This document shows, piece by piece, positions 25,609-37,800 of a DNA stretch of 64,000 nucleotides (positions are counted from its first letter, which is position 1; each line of letters starts with the position of its first letter). Position numbers and translations under genes: made by a program. The DNA is from Phoronis australis (lineage: Eukaryota; Animalia; Phoronida). The DNA lies in NCBI GenBank assembly GCA_002633005.1, contig NMRA01000318.1, forward strand, positions 428,145 through 492,144, given 5' to 3'. The notes beneath the pieces were generated by a model. It worked only from the letters and a program-made list of their open reading frames with translations. It made no database searches and was not told the DNA's origin.

Positions 25609-25798
25609 GTTCTGTTTATCATGATTTTAAATATCAAGTATAACCGTAGTCGTAGTCTGTTTTGAACATACATTCGGGCATTAAATAAACGGGTCCTTTC
25701 TCAAACTGCCTTGTCCCAACGTTAAGCTCGCTCCAAGTTGTCTTGTTTGGTTTCAACATGAAAAGCATTGCCTATGCGCTGGGTTATTTCCATTTGCA

Positions 25799-25957
25799 TC
25801 TCCCTCCCTCTCCCTCTCCCTCCCACTCCCTACCTCCATCTCTCTCTCTNNNNNNNNNNNNNNNNNNNNNNNNNNNNNNNNNNNNNNNNNNNNNNNNNNN
25901 NNNNNNNNNNNNNCTCTCCCTCTCCCTCTCTCTCCCTCTCTCTCTCTCTCCCTCTCT
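25799..25957 (+). repeat. (CT)n / (CTCCCT)n microsatellite containing a gap
   Basis: Simple repeat flanking the N run 25850-25913. Confidence 0.95.
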
Positions 25958-26027
25958 AGCTATGACAATTGTATTGTGCCTAGTTATGAAGTTATGATCA
26001 TTGCATTGTCCCTCTTTCCTTTATTAG

Positions 26028-26144
26028 AATGCACTCCACCTAACGCTCCTTGCGGCGGGAGGGGCGGCACTGATGGGACCGGCGGGACTGGCTGCAGTGA
26101 TTGGATTGGGTGGTGCCGCTGCATGCAAAGCATTGGATTACTAA
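26028..26144 (+). CDS. Terminal exon: Gly/Ala-rich hydrophobic (glycine-zipper-like) tail
   Basis: CTCTTTCCTTTATTAG acceptor, phase 0, NALHLTLLAAGGAALMGPAGLAAVIGLGGAAACKALDY*. Confidence 0.7.
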   Translation, partial: NALHLTLLAAGGAALMGPAGLAAVIGLGGAAACKALDY

Positions 26145-28059
26145 GAAACAGCCAGCGATGACGTCACACCGGCCGAGTGAGCAATGGTCGTCATGTGTTG
26201 AGTTCTTAGAGAGTCTATGTGTTGTTTGAGTTAAAGACGTAGTTTCACACCAAAACTGCTTTTCAACACAAATAATAGCACTGGGTGAATCTGTTGCACA
26301 GGGCAGTTCTTGTCCGCACAGCTTGGTTAATGAGAACAGCACAGCATTAAAAGGTTCCTGAAGTACAATAACATGCATTTTTAATGTAATTTAATTGATG
26401 AATACAGTCTATATCAGAAAGCACATCTTTGTTATTCTTTCACATTTTTGTAAAAAAGCGTTTTTCCCAATGTTAATTTCTATTGGCTAACGCGCGTCTG
26501 ACGTCCCTGAGGCTGTACAGTGAGTGAAGGCAATGAGATAAATTTAGCTTAATTATTATGCATAGGCCTATAGCTACATGGCATTGTGTGAATGCCTCTC
26601 GGCTAAAGAACTGACGCGTATAACTGGTCTGCGATCTCGCATTTTGATCAAAAGTTCATAATACAAGTTTACTTTAGTGTAATGTTGACTATTATTAGAA
26701 CGATGCCGTTTTCGGCATCAGGCTACGGAAGGGCCCCGTAACCTTGCCTTGGTGTGAGCTGTACACATCCTAAATGTACAGTCGTTACACCGAAAAAACG
26801 TAAAAACTGATCAAATAAAATCTGACACAAAATTAGTGTCATTAAAAATTACTCTCTTCCTAGAGTAAACTAAATTAGCTTATTTACCGGTGTTGAAAAA
26901 ATGGCGTTCTGTCGTTCACTCTGCTGCTAAAGTTTAGGTGGACTCTTTCAGGTCGGCTTTCGGCGCCCTCTTATTGGCCAATTTCATTCCTCGAGTTGTT
27001 CTTCCAAGTATAACAAGCGATCGATGCGTACATGTCCGAACAAATTGTTTGAGCTGATTTCATTTCCTTTCAATTTTATAGAATTTTAAAACCCGGAAAC
27101 CGAATTTCAAATTTTGCTCCTGTGAAGCTGTCATCATCTTTCGACATAGGTAGCAAAATTTTAGGAAATAGCGCGTGCTGAGCGCACTGTTTTCTTCGTT
27201 ACAAAAGGCTGAGAATTATGAGATAAAATAGCGTTTACTAGATTTTCACTTAAACGGTTCCAGCGGGAAAGGTGAGTGTCTGTTGACACCAGATATTCGT
27301 ACGCTCCCGTGCCGGTTTATAGCTCTACATGTTCATATAGCGGCGACGAGGTTACGAGCAGAAGTACATGGGCTATGTGAAATTTCTGAGTCTAACGGAG
27401 CTCAACACACAGTGCTACTAGTACCTAGCTGTAGTTTGAAATTAGTCTTCATACAGCTAGCTGGCTGGCTAGGACCAGGATGAATCAACGTCACAGGAAA
27501 GAAAAACGAAAAAGGTTGTGAGTATGCACATGACTGATGTGGATCTGTCGACTGGACTACGTACTCGCACGGCTAATGACCTTTATCTCTTTATGCTGTA
27601 CAGCCTCGGTGACGTCACGAAAAACAGCGCTTGCAGTGGGGCTTTACGGAACTAATACATTTTTACTTTTCGAAGTAAAAAAGAAAAATACTGTGCACTA
27701 TTTAAGAACATGTGGATGCCAGTAACCAACCTTTATACGTTCAAAATTCATATTTAAATGCTGAAACATGTAATTCGGGCCTCTTTTAATGACCTTTTCC
27801 TACTGTAATATCAGGTGTTTTAATTAATTGAAAACGAGTGTCTCCCAGCTGCGTGACACGTTTAGTAACAATGCCAGAACAGATACGTTAGCAAAGAAAT
27901 ATCTGCCATTGGCATGATCGAGTGAGTATTAACTGCAGACAAAACACCGTCAAACAGGCATCACAAAAAGTGCAATGAAGAGAACCCAACATTAACATGT
28001 GATTGGATAAAACGTTGAAACCAAGTCTCACTACATACCACAACTCCCTTTCTTCGGTC

Positions 28060-28590
28060 ATATTGTTATTGTTACACTAGGAGTCACAGCAAGATCTCCA
28101 CATAGAATCTCCTCCATTATGTCGAAGTGCTCCCAAGTGCGCCGCCCCTGACCAGTTTTTGCAGGACAGTCTTATACCTAAAACATATCAATCACAACCG
28201 CATAGAAAGATAGACCACATTAAGGTGGATATATTACCGAGACTCACAAATTAATAAGATATATGTAGTCAGTTACACAAAATGACTCATTTCAGACATG
28301 AACCAGCAAAGGACCATGACAAAGTAGCTCATTTCAGGCAAGTCATGTCAGGAAATGGACGACAAATGTATGAACCAAAGTTGAAACATTTTACCCACCG
28401 GAATTTCATGTTGTCAAACTTTTTCAGACATAATTCCCATGACATTTGGACCCCTTTTGATTTCATGTCCTCTGAAATGGCTGTCCAGAAATATTTATCT
28501 TAGGGTATACATTCTTTACATGCTTTCGATTACGATAACACTCCAGTAAACATCTTAACATTTTCTGGGGTCCATTTACACCTTCAGATT
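28060..28590 (-). pseudogene. Myb/SANT (trihelix-type) DNA-binding protein pseudogene, two exons, probably PIF/Harbinger accessory type
   Basis: Exon 28590-28399 KWTPENVK../LLECYRNRK../KYFWTAISEDMKSKGVQMSWELCLKKFDNMKF splices in phase (CG|G) to an exon from 28177, RYKTV../KTGQGRRTWEHFDIMEEILCGDLAVTP. Frameshifts and a stop are present. Confidence 0.8.
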
Positions 28591-31084
28591 CTGAAAGTAA
28601 ACAGAAGTACTACATTAAAGATGTCTCATTAAATCGTGAATATGCAAATGAAATACTAGTTTACAAACAACCCCAGGTCTTCCGGTGAGCCAGAAATCAT
28701 CGGAGAACCACTTACCATTACAATCTTGCGAAAGCCTTGTTTACAATACTATTTTTATGTAAATGAGTATGACAATATGTCATCATTACCATAATAAAAC
28801 AAGGCACAATTTTAATGCATGGATTACATGTTCATTTCACTATCAAATAACGATTGCAGAATATTTGGAATTACTAGGGTTTCCTTTATATTCACATTTG
28901 TTTTTCAGTGTATCAGTTGTGGTGTTTTCTTTAAAACCGTAATTTATTTACCAATCGTTTCTTTTATTGATTATACTTGTACACACAGTTGAGTTCTCCA
29001 GGAAGTCACAAGATGACACTCGCTTCAAATTTGAATATTCTCGATTACATAGCATCCAATGCAATGTGTCAGCTTCGACTTCTTTGTATATGAGCACTGC
29101 ACCATTAAAATGACAGCCAAAGTTATAGGTTTGCAGATAGAAAATGAAGTTGGGAAAAAATTCCAGCAGTGGAAATGGGCAAGCATGAATCTATTCAGAA
29201 AAATGGAAAGCAAATGTACATACTAGATCAACAACATGTCAACAAATGGACAGATACAACATCACATAAATGAATGCAGTAACTGTTTTCTAACACTCAT
29301 AAACACCAATTGTTAATTAATTAAGTGCTACAAAACCAACCTTCGCCATTTTCTAACTGCTCATCTACCACAGAGGCTGTAGCTAAAATTAAATTAAATT
29401 ATCGTTAAAAGATGTATTGTTTCAAAAACAACTATCATGACAAACACTTTAAACAAGCAACCCCAAAACCACTACACTCACACATAAAGGTTATTGCTAA
29501 CCATTACGAGAAAATCTGACTTACCCCATATCCTATTATAGTATTGCAAAATTCTCATGCAAATAAATGAAACATCAAATATTTTTTGTATAAGCTGCTA
29601 CGACTTCGGGCACAAGTGCTTCTATAAAATTTTGTTCTGCTCTGGTACAACATTTAATATATAACAAAACCACCACAAGGGTTTACAGCCAACTTAAACA
29701 TAACAAAGACTAAAGAGTGAAATGCAAGCCGTACTTCACACAAACTGATAAAAAGGAGCTCTAAGATATAACTGGTACAAGAAGTGACATTAACTAAACC
29801 ATTTGTGAAACATCAATTGTTTTTGGTACTTCAATTAATAAACCATAGGTCCTCCAAAATCGGCGCATGTATTTCAATATGTCTAGCTTTGTGGATGAAT
29901 TTACCAATGTCCACGATTTCTACGATCCCTATTTAGTTGGTACTGCCAGACACAGAGAATCTTTCTTATCAGTCCAAAAACTAGGATCATTATGAACCTG
30001 ATGTAAAGAATTTTTAATCCGAATCACTGACCAACAGCAAACTACAAATCTTGAGGGGTGGTAACTGAACTGATTTTCAGGTAAAATAAACTGAAACATA
30101 CTCACAGCTTCTACTGTCTAACTGTATAAGACTATCATGTGCTGCAAATAAATAACAGCTTGATTCAACCTCGGTCAACAAATTAATGCAACAATTCTAT
30201 AGAAAAAGCCTAAGAACAAATACTTGAGGTTGTAAAAACGTTATCACATGATCTGTAAAAATGCATTTTTGCATCATTTATTCAATATGTGGCACAAGAG
30301 ATGCATTTTTTGCACTTTTGAGCATGAATGAAGACCTGTTGTTTAGGCAGCAACTGACCCTTGTCAAGAGAATAAAGGCATATATATCGAATTTATATGA
30401 CTACTTGATTAATTCAATTACCGTTTGTAGTAAAAATTTACTATATGCCATTATGTTTCTGGAAAATAGAATATGTCCTAAGAGAATTGTCTAGTCTGCA
30501 AACTGCTGCTACGCTACAAAAACTTTACATAAAGCACTACGATAGAATATCAAGAACAGAGTTACAGTTTGTTACAACATGACCTTTTCCATTTAAGAAT
30601 TCTCGAGGTTTACATTCATGAAAGTTCTAATTTTGATGGCCCTCAAGTAGAAGGTGACCGTTTTAAGAAAAAAATTCTAATAATGTTTTAGTGTTTGAAT
30701 CATAGGCTCTAGGAACAATGACAAATTTTATAAGATTCTGATCAGCAATTTCTGGGAAATGGCATTTCGAAATTAACCACCAAATTTGGGCATTTTCTAC
30801 AGGTCCTACTTAAAAGAGTTAAGCATTTCTTGAAAACATGGAATACAAATGCTTGTTATACAAAGCAACCAATAACATACTCACAATTTCTGCACTCAAC
30901 CGGTACTAAAACAAAAGTGTAGACCAATTGAACATCAAAACCTCAACTAACATTTTCTCATAACTTTTACATCAAATAATAAACAGATGGTACACTTTGT
31001 TTCAAGTAGTTTACAAGCTTATAAAACCACTTACACTCTTGGTAATTAACACACTCCTCAGCATTATTTCTTATCCTTTTAATC

Positions 31085-31745
31085 AGGCCTCAGAACACGC
31101 AGCCTGACAATAGGGGAAACATCAGGATAACATTGCCTTTTGTGCCAGGGATCGCTGACCAGATCAAATCTCATATGAGGGGACACGACATTGCTGTTGT
31201 ATTCAAACCTGTTAACACCATTAGGAGTACACTGTGAAATGTGAAAGACAAAACCAGCAAAGAGAAAACATAAAATGTGGTGTATGGCATTTCATGCTCG
31301 GAACCAGGGTGTGGAGCAGCATACATTGGGGAAACCAAACAAGCCCTGAAAAGTCGTTTCAACCAGCATCGGAGGTCCAGTTATGGGGACTGCTATGATT
31401 CTGCAGTTTTTAATCACATGGCTTCCACAGACCACTCTTTCGCCATGGAAGATGTGAAGATCCTGGATAGAGAAGAAAATTGGTTTCGGAGAGGAGTCAA
31501 AGAAGCTATCTACTAGAGAATTGAGAATCCTAGCCTCAATAGACAGGGGGGCTGCGGTTTCACTTACCTAGTACATGGGATAGGGCGCTGAAGAGAATCC
31601 CGCGGAAACTGTACGACAGGTCACATGACAAGACACGTGACAACTCAGTGGCCTGATGAAGTCCTCGAGAGGAGGACGCAACGTAGCCATCTCCACGTAC
31701 CGTAAGTCCAGTAATAGATTTATTGATTCTTATACTATAACAATC
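31085..31745 (+). mobile_element. Penelope (Poseidon-type) 3' fragment with GIY-YIG endonuclease
   Basis: ITLPFVPGIADQI..VFKPVNTIRSTL*NVKDK..NVVYGISCSEPGCGAAYIGETKQALKSRFNQH..KILDREENWFRRGVKEAIY*RIENPSLNR. Confidence 0.93.
31649..31689 (+). ncRNA. Minimal hammerhead ribozyme with a core mutation
   Basis: Stem I TGGC/GCCA, CTGATGA, stem II GTCCTC/GAGGAC, GCAA instead of GAAA, palindromic ACGT, GTA site. Confidence 0.75.
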
Positions 31746-34700
31746 ATTCACTACATTTGAAGTGACAAGCTGCAGGTAAAAGGCATTTGATTAAACGTAA
31801 TAACACACCTCCTGCTCTCACCCTCTCTGCAGTGAACATATCGAATTTACATTTAATAATAAGGCCATCTGGGTAAGTGGTTGTGACTGTTTGCCAATGC
31901 CTGGAAATAATTAACAAACATATACGCAGTTTTACACTGGCCAATACTAGCATATTAATGTTCAATAGTTAGTAATACGTCAACCACTCATGCCTCCACG
32001 GTTGCCATGGTCATTTCGTTGAGCACGCATTGACTACAGTAAATGGGTTGACAAATTTAACATTGCTTTACGTTCTTTTCTTAAGGAGGCGACACTACTC
32101 TAATGTGCAATTGAACACACCTCAGACAACAGACGGCGTACTTAAATAAAGCAAAATTTGCCATCACAGCAGGTGCTGCTAGAGATCACAAAACTTATCC
32201 ATTGAGAACAGAAAGAGTTGGCAGTCTAAGTAATAAAAAGTCAATGGTGAAAAGAAAATTGTAAGTTGTGAAAAAAAATTTGCAAAGGGCGAATGTCTAA
32301 CATGAACAGTAACTGGGGTACATATTCATTTCCAGTTGTGTGGAAGCAACTTATACCAATGACCCAATGATGGTGCTGAAATGAGATGAAATTCTCTATG
32401 GAGAATCTGACACACGAGTGGAGTCTTTTGACAGAGTGTTCAATAATGTAATGGTTAACCAAAGAGAAGATTTTGAAAGAATAAAATGAACTTTGGCAAT
32501 GTAAAACCTACCTAAAATTTAAATGATGTTAATGTACAACACAGTGACTGCCGCAGTAACTGCCTAGGGAATGTTTTTGCTGTGAAGCACAGCGTGTATC
32601 GAATACACAACACAAATACGTTCTGTATACAAGACTTTCATACCAAAACATATAGTCAAAATGTCCTGGTTACACAGGTGTTACGCTGTGTAATTTACTC
32701 CCGAATAATGTACACAACATAAATGATCTAACTGACTTTTGTAAGACCCATTTACATTTCTTGATGACTCGACATGTGAGTGCCACATTTGTGAGTACAC
32801 TAAGACTGTAATGTTTTAGACAGTTTTTTTTTCAATAAATGTCTATCTATATGTAGTTCTCTTAAAACTGTAAAATGTTGTATAATTTTTATTCACCTTC
32901 TGTCGAGGAACAGCACATGTGCTAATGTCTTATGTGTTTGTGAACCACACCAACGTGAAATACACCTTTCGATCCCCCTAAACTCCCCGTAGATCCGCTT
33001 TTGGCATTACTTGATCGTTGGTATACATACTGTCTTACTGTGAGTGACAAACATCAGTTACGTTTTACTTTGAAATGTGTTTACAAAGTACAAAAAAGTA
33101 GACAAAATTTTGTTAGCAAAATAAGTAATATCTTTTAGCGACCAATGATATGCGACCAAAAATGTCAATAAAGTTCGTTCTAAGTTTTTTAGGCGTATTT
33201 AGGCCCCCTTGCTTGTCTGCCAACAAGATTACTCTACAAGACCACAAATAGTAAAAATGACACAGAAATAAATTTTGCCATATTAGTAGGATGCTGCATC
33301 TAATTGTGCGCCTGTTGAAATGTAAAAAAGACTTCCGAGTACAGTGGTCGTGTAGTGTAGTCGTAAAGCTGCAGGAACATACTGGCCTAAGAGATTCAGA
33401 GAACTGAAGCAGACGACACAGCCACAGGTATTTTGCCACGAACGACATTTATGTCATTCAAATACAAATCTGATGGGAAGTAGAACAGACAAACTCAACA
33501 GTGCTACATTTTGTTTAACACACGTGCCTTAATTGGTGCTTCTGTCAACAATTGGCTGGAAATTTTCGAAAAACGAACGAAAATCATCGGCTTACCCTTC
33601 AATATCCGCCATTTTGCTACGCCTTGTACTAGCGTGATCTTGCGAAGTCTTGCGAGACCTTGCTTTTAAGCTAGGTCCTAGCGTAGGTCCTAGCGTTACT
33701 GTACGCACGTCAGGTGTATTTGCCTGCTTCCTTAATTTACGTTTGTATTGTTACCGTATTTGCATGAGGGTCCACCATATGACAGGTGTGCTTAAAAGGC
33801 CTGTTTAAACTGTGACATGGTTGATAAGAATGAAGCAATGAAAGTTACAATGGTTATATTTCATAACTCGTGTCGAGCTCCGCCTGAATGGGACACTTGT
33901 GCAACATTTAGTACCAATTAGCGTTACAGATGAGGTATAATGTAGCTAATGGGCAAATTTGCTTAATAATGGCTATGAAATCATCATCATTTTATGCACT
34001 GTATTGACGTTAGTCTGATCTGAATTTCAACATTCATTATACTTACCTCAGATTTTGAGTTTCGAAAAGAAAGATATTAATTGAGATATATTACACGGTT
34101 TCGGAGATTTTCTTTCATTGTTGGACCGAGAACGTGTAATTAACGCAACGTTTTAAATTAACTATGTCATTGTCAGTTCGAAAATATATGCTACTGATTT
34201 TGAGTAGCAAACAGGATTAGCGAAAACCGTAATAATCTAATTATGACAATTAAAACGAAATGTATGGTGTCTCTTTTGATTATTAGGGTCTATGGGCTTT
34301 GGGAGCCTTGGGATCCGCTTCATACAGTGGCAGCAAATTCTTGTTCCACAAGTTGAATTAACACTAAGAAGACGCCACACCGACCGAGAGAAAAGAATGG
34401 TGAGTGAGCCATGGTCGTCGTGTTGTGTTATTTGTGAATATTGCTTGACATGTAATGTAATTTAACTTTTTGGGGTTGACTTGGTAACAGTCATTCATTC
34501 AAACATATAGTCTTGAAACTCCATGTTATCAGATTTTCAACACCATGTAAAAAGGATACTAAACCCTGTTTTGATTTCGACGATTTCAGCCAATCCTCGT
34601 TCAAGTATTACCGGCTAATGCATCAATGTTGTCAATCCTGAAAGATGAAAGCAGGAATCAACATATAAAAACTCATACCTCTTCTTTCACAAATTGGACA

Positions 34701-34779
34701 TTGTGGCTTTGGTGGGTGCTTTTTCCGAGTAATTTGCTAAAAACGTAAGTCACTTTCACCCGTTTAGCAGAATTTGAAA

Positions 34780-35700
34780 GGAGTTTTCAAAATTTCCTTC
34801 AAACTTTTGAGGATTGTGGAGGGTTACAGAGAACTGCACGGGGAAGTCGTTTTTAGTTTATGTTAATAGGCCAATATCGGGTTTGGTATCCTTTAAACTT
34901 TATAAGTGCCTACTGGTGGAGAGGTTTCGAAAACGTTTGGTGTGCCGGGACGAATTAGAATCAAGACATTGTACGAATTCGTTCAAATACACAGTAAACA
35001 TAAGAGTACTGCTATACATCCTTGCCATGTTCTAACACTACAATAAAAAGTCAGCCATACCATTCTGCGTTGTCACACATGTCGGAAGTTTGTTATACAT
35101 TGACTTCGAGGCTCTTAAGCAATGATGAAAACCACTTTTGCAGTCTCAGCAACTAATGGAGAATTCTACAAATACTTTAAGAAATCAATGAAAGCAACAA
35201 CAAAACGATATTTTTTATTTGCAAACTTGTGGACCATAGCTGACAATGTAAAAACTTTGATCGACATTGCTGTATTGTTGAAGCTCCTTTCGGAACCCTG
35301 TTTTCTCTCCTTGAGAATTTGTTGAAGATCCGTGAGGAGATAAAATCATTGTAGTAATTGAACTTGATTGTCAAAAGCAGACAGATTTTAACTCAGAAAC
35401 ATCAACATTTCGAGAATCTGTTCTATCATCTCAAGCAAGAGAGTGGAAAATTTAAATAATGTCATATTGGCTCTTCCTACAGCCCCGGGCGATATCGTCT
35501 TGACTTCTCATATGAATCTAGCATTGGCTTTCAAGTCAAAGCGTTACATCAAAATCGCGTTGGAGTCTTATGTCATCTGCGGGCGGGATAGTCTCCACTC
35601 TATTTTACATGGGGGTGTGACAACGAAGCTTATTTGCCCTTTGTGGTTCCGTTCCCCCAGTCGTGATTCTTTTGTTTGGCTTAACAAATGCTTGTCTCAA
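34780..35700 (+). mobile_element. Highly degenerate L1/Tx1-like LINE RT relic
   Basis: NRPISGLVSFKLYKCLLVERFRKRL, VNIRVLLYIL, LLYIDFE, TNGEFYKYF and TIADNV occur in RT order. Confidence 0.5.
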
Positions 35701-36849
35701 AAAGATGAGCATATTTGGCGAATGTTCTTGCGTTTAGAAAGTCGAACGCTACACACCGCACATCAGATGCAACTTGATCGGACTTCGGGAGAAACACGCA
35801 CTAGACGCGTGTACACTTAACTAGTATTGCAATGGCAATACACAAGTTACCCACCAGTAATGAGCTTCTCTGCCAATAACCACGAAAAAACCTACCGCAG
35901 TCTATTAAGGAGGTAATAGTCGGAGGCACAAAATTTACTTTGTCAAACTTTACACACATGCTGCCATCGCTTGTGTCCCACCCCCAGGTCGCTACTGCTT
36001 TCTACTACTTTCATCTTCCGCATCGCCACCTCTGTTGCTTTGATCAGGTAACTATTTAATACTCTTCGAATCAGGAATTATTGGGAAACTCTTCACCAAT
36101 CTCCGCCCAGACTCCACCTTCCTACCGCGCTGTGGTGTTACCCACTTAGGCAAAATCGTTCCCACTGACACATTATCGCGAATAAAACAAATATTAAGAA
36201 GGTTAGATACAGCTTTAATTTATCACTGATACTTTTAATTTTCAAATATTGTATTTTGGTCCTTGCGTACAATGAAAACGTGGGATTATGGGATTAGTTT
36301 TCTGTTACAGGTACCTAAAAAGAGACTTATCTTTGACACATTTACATGGGTTACTGAAAAGACACCTCAAATTAAAGTAATAACTGAAATTCTTTAAAAA
36401 AATCATCACTTTAGTTGCACGATGTTAGCTTTGAAAAATTTAAAGTCAACGTTTTAATGACATAAATTTTATTTACTGGTTTGCTAATTTCCTTGTGTCG
36501 GCGTTTTGGTTTCTACACAAAAAGTTAATTTTTCTTTGTTGTTTTACTTTATACCCATTGTGTTTTCTGTGAAATAAAAAAATTAAGGGTCACCGATTTT
36601 TAGCTATATTTCTTGAATATTTCCGCTGAGCAAATCAATGCAATTTGAACGGATGTCGGGAGAAACGCGCCCTAGACGGAAAGTCTTTTCGGCCGTACAC
36701 TAAAATTAACAGTATTACAGTGGCCGAGCTCTAGACTGGGTTTTGAATTTGTTTTCAAACCCAATTCACGTTTTATGTCTGCCAAAATAGCTGAAGATTG
36801 CAAATTTGTCACAATCGAATTCCGTATGATATTTGGAGGCGCTACGAAT

Positions 36850-37800
36850 CAAAAGATGAACTCTGAGTCATCATAGTTAATTTTACCTTTGTGGTTCATG
36901 ATGTAGGAAAAACATTCAACATGCCAGTTCGGTACGAATGGTGCCCACCTCTTGTTTTCCAAAATATAATAACAAATTATCAATGGAAGGATGAAATAAT
37001 TATTGTAATGATGTTTTTGTGCGCGATAGCATAACATGGCTCCAAAGAGGGCCCTGAGCCGTGTAGGAGAACATTTCGTGGATACTTTCAAATGACATTT
37101 TTCTTCTATGACAATATAAAGTATTCCTAATTCAGTTTTTTTAGAATCCACGTTTTTAGTTGCTCATTCTTTGTAAAAACGATGTTTATATGCATTGAAC
37201 TACAACTTTCTTGAGCATAAACAACAGCATCAGCCAATCGCGAACTACGAAACATATTTCTACTACCCGCGTACAGCAGAGTAAGAAATTCTCGGCTCAT
37301 AGACAGAAGTATCGTCAAAAACGTTTAGCCTTAGGTTACTTAAGTTGTTGATCGAAATCAGAATAAAAATAACATGTGACAGAGTATTTTTGGCAGCGTT
37401 TTGGAGGTCTGGACAAACAATCAAATTCAATTGATTTGATCAATCAAGTACAGCCTAGAATTATTATGATGTTGATATGTACATTACGTTCTATTGATAT
37501 TAAAAACAATTATGTCCTCTTGGAAGAACATCTTTTGAGAATACAGTACGTTTGAATGAAGCTGGTTTTGCGCTAAAATTCATTTTGTACAAAAATTAAA
37601 TCCAGAGTTCTTTCATCTTCTCTGAGAGCACTGTAATCACAATTAAATTGTTTTGGTATAAATTTTTGAAAACAACATTCAAGAAAATTATTCTGAGTAA
37701 CATAAAGTACCGTGTGAACGGGCACAACAAGAAGAAAGACTGACTCCACGTTTGAAATTTTCTGTTTTGTTTAACAATTCCAATCATTTAGTGCACCTAA
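36850..37800 (-). mobile_element. Possible degenerate LINE RT relic
   Basis: KPASFKRT (QAGFRK-like), TLLYAG (LYADD-like) and ELGIL (YLGI-like) in the expected order. Confidence 0.35.

Larger units (their letters stand above)
29800..33673 (-). mobile_element. Degenerate AcademH-like (DUF6589-type transposase) element
   Basis: Terminus TAGCTTAAAAGCAAGGTCTCGCAAG at 33673, first exon MADIE + GTAAG, zf-AD-like CRVILL..TNFIDIFG, then QMALLLNVN (~31860) and YKFDIYAFILLTRVSCCL (~30370). Based on motif recall only. Confidence 0.45.

Noticed and set aside
25976-26161. Cys/Gly-rich peptide ECTPPNAPCGGRGG... (defensin-like)
   Set aside because: An alternative frame of the terminal exon. Splice phase supports the NALHLTLL frame.
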